Shown: piece after piece, positions 61,124 to 64,000 of the stretch | Layout: the number at the start of each line of letters is the position of its first letter | Numbering within the stretch: position 1 is the first letter of the stretch | Assembly (NCBI GenBank): GCA_903908595.1 | Contig: CAIVSN010000144.1 | Span: 1,167 to 65,166, forward strand | DNA: 64,000 bases | Source of the DNA: an uncultured bacterium | GTDB lineage: Bacteria; Patescibacteriota; Gracilibacteria; BD1-5; UBA2023 | Direction of reading: 5' to 3' | The notes under the pieces: model-generated | What the model saw: the letters and a program-made list of their open reading frames with translations, nothing else | Database searches by the model: none | Told to the model about the DNA's origin: nothing | Translations under genes and position numbers: made by a program

Positions 61124-62569
61124 ATGGACTTTCACGAGCTCTCCATTCTCCAAATCCAAGAACTGATCGCCGCCGGCAAAACCACCGCCGCGGACGTGTT
61201 CTCCCATTTCAAAAAACGCGCGGAAGCGCTCAATCCGAAGCTAAACGCGTTCGCGACGATCGCGGACGCTCCCGCCGCTTTCACCGGGAAAGGTTCCCTC
61301 GCCGGCATTCCCCTCGGTATCAAGGAAGTGTTTTCCCAGGCCGGGGTCCGTACCAGCGCCGGCTCCAAAATCCTCGAAAATTTCAAGCCGCCATATACCT
61401 GCACCGTCGTGAACCGGCTCAAGGAATCCGGAGCCGTCAGCCTCGGGACTTGCAACATGGACGAATTCGCCATGGGATCGAGCGGGGAAAACTGCGCGTA
61501 CGGCCCCGCCCGCAATCCCTGGGCGTTCGACCGGGTACCCGGAGGTTCGAGCTCGGGATCGGTCGTGGCCGTGGCCGCGGGCTTGGTCCCGGCCAGCCTT
61601 GGGACGGACACCGGGGGTTCCATCCGGACTCCCGCGAGCCTCTCCGGCGTCGTCGGATTCAAGCCGACCTACGGGCGCAACAGCCGGTTCGGCGTCATTG
61701 CCATGGCCAGCTCCCTCGACTGCCCCGGCACGTTCACCCGGACCGTCCGCGACGCGGCGACCATATATGAGGCAATGGCGGGAAACGATCCGATGGACTC
61801 CACCTCCCTCGACGCGCCGACCGCCATCGACCCGGGCATTTGGGACCGCAAGGACCTCAAAGGCGTCCGTGTGGGAGTCCCGAAAGAATACTTCCGGGAT
61901 GGCCTCGATGCCGGAGTCCGGGAGCAGGTCCGGAACGCCATTGCCAAAATGGAGGAACTCGGAGCGGAAATCGTCGACATAACCCTCCCGAACTCCGAAT
62001 ACGGGATCGCGGTCTACTACGTCATCATGGCCGCGGAAGCGAGCACCAACCTCGCCCGCTACGACGGCGTGCGGTTCGGGCACATCTCCGGGGACGGCGC
62101 GGACATCGCGAAAAACCGGGCCGAAGGCTTCGGCCCAGAACCCACCCGGCGCATCATGCTGGGATCGTTCGTGCTTTCGAGCGGATTCTACGACGCCTAC
62201 TACAAGAAGGCTTCCCTCGTCCGGGAACTCATCCGCGACGACTTCCTGCAAGCGTTCGAGCAGGTCGACGTCATCGTCGGGCCGGTCGTTCCGACGGTTG
62301 CCTGGAAGATCGGGGAAAAGGTCGAAGATCCCCTCAAGATGTACCTCGCGGACATCTATACCGTGCCTCCAAGCCTCGCCGGGATTCCCGGGCTTTCCCT
62401 TCCGATCGGCTTTGCCAAGCCCGAAGACGGATCTGGGGATGCGGTCGAGCTTCCGGTAGGGCTCCACATGCTCGCCGGGCATTTGCAGGAAGAAAAACTC
62501 TTCATGGTAGCCCACGTCCTTGAGGAGGCGATGGCAGAATCCTTGCAAGGCAAACAACCGAACGCATAA
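61124..62569 (+). CDS. gatA: Asp-tRNA(Asn)/Glu-tRNA(Gln) amidotransferase subunit A
   Basis: Amidase signature GGSSSGSVVAVAAG..GTDTGGSIRTPAS; 481 aa. Confidence 0.9.
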   Translation: MDFHELSILQIQELIAAGKTTAADVFSHFKKRAEALNPKLNAFATIADAPAAFTGKGSLAGIPLGIKEVFSQAGVRTSAGSKILENFKPPYTCTVVNRLKESGAVSLGTCNMDEFAMGSSGENCAYGPARNPWAFDRVPGGSSSGSVVAVAAGLVPASLGTDTGGSIRTPASLSGVVGFKPTYGRNSRFGVIAMASSLDCPGTFTRTVRDAATIYEAMAGNDPMDSTSLDAPTAIDPGIWDRKDLKGVRVGVPKEYFRDGLDAGVREQVRNAIAKMEELGAEIVDITLPNSEYGIAVYYVIMAAEASTNLARYDGVRFGHISGDGADIAKNRAEGFGPEPTRRIMLGSFVLSSGFYDAYYKKASLVRELIRDDFLQAFEQVDVIVGPVVPTVAWKIGEKVEDPLKMYLADIYTVPPSLAGIPGLSLPIGFAKPEDGSGDAVELPVGLHMLAGHLQEEKLFMVAHVLEEAMAESLQGKQPNA

Positions 62570-62570
62570 C

Positions 62571-63461
62571 ATGGGCTTCCTTTCGGCATTTTTCAGCGGC
62601 GGCGTGGGGTTCGGGGTACTCTCCGCGCTCATGGGAAGCACGTCCACGATATTCTACCGCAAAGCCATTGCCATCTGGCCGTACGGGCGGAGCTCGTTCG
62701 TGCTCTTCGGGAACTGGATCGGCACGATGATGGCCATTGGAATCCTCCTGTTCGGCAACGTCAATTGGGGCCCGGATATCGAATGGTACGTGGTTCCCGT
62801 CTTCCTGATCCTCGCCTTCAGCATGTTCCACAACGGGAACCGGATCATGGAACTCAACCGTAACGAAAAACTCTCCACGCTCCAGATTTTCGGAAACATC
62901 GCCACGATTCTCACGATTGTCGCGGGATTTTTCCTGTACGGCAAAACTTCGGTCTATACCTTGGGAATCGCCATCCTCTGCGGGGCCATCCTCTTCGGAA
63001 CGCAATTCTTCGAAGGCGGCGGATTCTGCCCCCCAAAGAATTGGAAACCCATCGTTACGACCTACTTGATCGGCGGCATCCAATCCCTCGCCATCGTCTG
63101 GATGGTGGCGAAAATAGGATACGTGGGCTATTTCGTCATCAGCTCCTTCGCTGCCACCATTACCGCCGTCATGGTGCTGCTATTCCAGAAAAAAATGGGT
63201 GAGGCCTGGCTCGGCACCCGGCAATTCTACGTGTATCGGACGGTAGACGGAGTCATTTTCAATTCGGTCCGTTTCATCTACTTCTTCCTCGTGGGAAGCC
63301 TCGGGCCGGTAGTCACCACGCTGCTCGGAATGATCGGCAACATCACGACCCTGATTTTTGGCCGGTTGTTCCTGGGCGAAAAAAACAGCGCGAAAGAATG
63401 GGGCATCAATATCCTCCTCTGCGTGCTCGTGGGGTTGGGATTTTATTTGAAAGACCGCTAG
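62571..63461 (+). CDS. Ten-TM membrane protein, possibly a DMT/EamA-like permease
   Basis: ATG 62571 lies 1 nt after the gatA stop. Two similar five-helix halves by eye. Family assignment weak. Confidence 0.55.
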   Translation: MGFLSAFFSGGVGFGVLSALMGSTSTIFYRKAIAIWPYGRSSFVLFGNWIGTMMAIGILLFGNVNWGPDIEWYVVPVFLILAFSMFHNGNRIMELNRNEKLSTLQIFGNIATILTIVAGFFLYGKTSVYTLGIAILCGAILFGTQFFEGGGFCPPKNWKPIVTTYLIGGIQSLAIVWMVAKIGYVGYFVISSFAATITAVMVLLFQKKMGEAWLGTRQFYVYRTVDGVIFNSVRFIYFFLVGSLGPVVTTLLGMIGNITTLIFGRLFLGEKNSAKEWGINILLCVLVGLGFYLKDR

Positions 63462-63648
63462 AATCGAGCTCGCCCGAACGTATGCCTAAGCAAATTCGGT
63501 TTTCCCCTCCGGCACCTGTGCGGATGCGGTCGATGGCATACGGATTTTCCCCGGAATCCCGACGGTTTTCACGATTTTAAAAATAAATTTGCCTTTTATA
63601 ATTTTTTGCCTTTAATCCGAATCCTATCCAAAAAAATATTTTGAAATA

Positions 63649-63840
63649 ATGAACAACATCCAATGGAAATTCGGGTATTCCCCACGGGAAGTGGAAGCCG
63701 AATTAGCAAAAAAACGCCGGGGAATGGAGCCGTTCAAAGAGGGCGTCAGGACGAGGGTGGAAAATGCCATCCATGCGCCCGGGAGCTTTTCCGCGTCTCC
63801 CGGAGTGCGAATTTCCTCCGCTTCCTCCAAAAAAAGATAG
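63649..63840 (+). CDS. Small hypothetical protein (63 aa)
   Basis: ATG..TAG ORF. No family recognised; an overlapping antisense ORF is equally long. Confidence 0.3.
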   Translation: MNNIQWKFGYSPREVEAELAKKRRGMEPFKEGVRTRVENAIHAPGSFSASPGVRISSASSKKR

Positions 63841-63925
63841 CCGGCCGGAACCTTCCGAATCGAAATCGCCAACCGACGAATGGCGATTTTTTGGCGAAAT
63901 CGGCACGACGTGGTATACTGGGGCG

Positions 63926-64000
63926 ATGAAAAACCGATATCAGGATCGACTGCCCGACGGAACCGCCGTATACCGGAAATCCGGGGGCGCGGAGTACGAT
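63926..64000 (+). CDS. 5' end of an unidentified CDS running off the window
   Basis: ATG 63926 lies 7 nt after TATACT (63914-63919). MKNRYQDRLPDGTAVYRKSGGAEYD... Confidence 0.3.
   Translation, partial: MKNRYQDRLPDGTAVYRKSGGAEYD

Overview
This is a GC-rich bacterial window that only translates coherently under genetic code 25 (UGA = Gly), as in Gracilibacteria/Absconditabacteria-type CPR lineages. By hand count about 115 in-frame TGAs lie inside otherwise continuous genes, many at invariant Gly positions. Every CDS end I accept is TAA or TAG. Re-joining the standard-code ORF fragments gives about 60 genes.

Housekeeping genes: pilB, tilS, rpmH-rnpA-yidC, rnc, nusB, rnj, secG, pyrG, a suf operon, xth and gatA.

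These are interleaved with a very large cell-surface repertoire:
- a 2,465-aa repeat-rich secreted protein;
- an SLH-anchored Gly/Cys-rich protein;
- a VIT-vWA protein downstream of an ECF sigma/anti-sigma pair;
- four tandem TrbC/VirB2-like mini-pilins;
- two tandemly duplicated tail-collar-like proteins;
- five paralogous type IV pilin genes plus one relic. Their C-termini carry different binding modules (SPRY, fibrinogen-like, FISUMP-like, Cys-rich).

The most unusual non-coding signal is six copies of a ~120-nt element. It has an invariant core, covarying stems and copy-specific arms. It always lies just 3' of a CDS, in the same orientation relative to that gene. At sufS and sufB the arms are copies of the gene's own last codons.

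No rRNA, tRNA or CRISPR array was seen. All translations, family assignments and coordinates not taken from the ORF track were done by eye, with mod-3 frame checks and no database search. They need confirmation.
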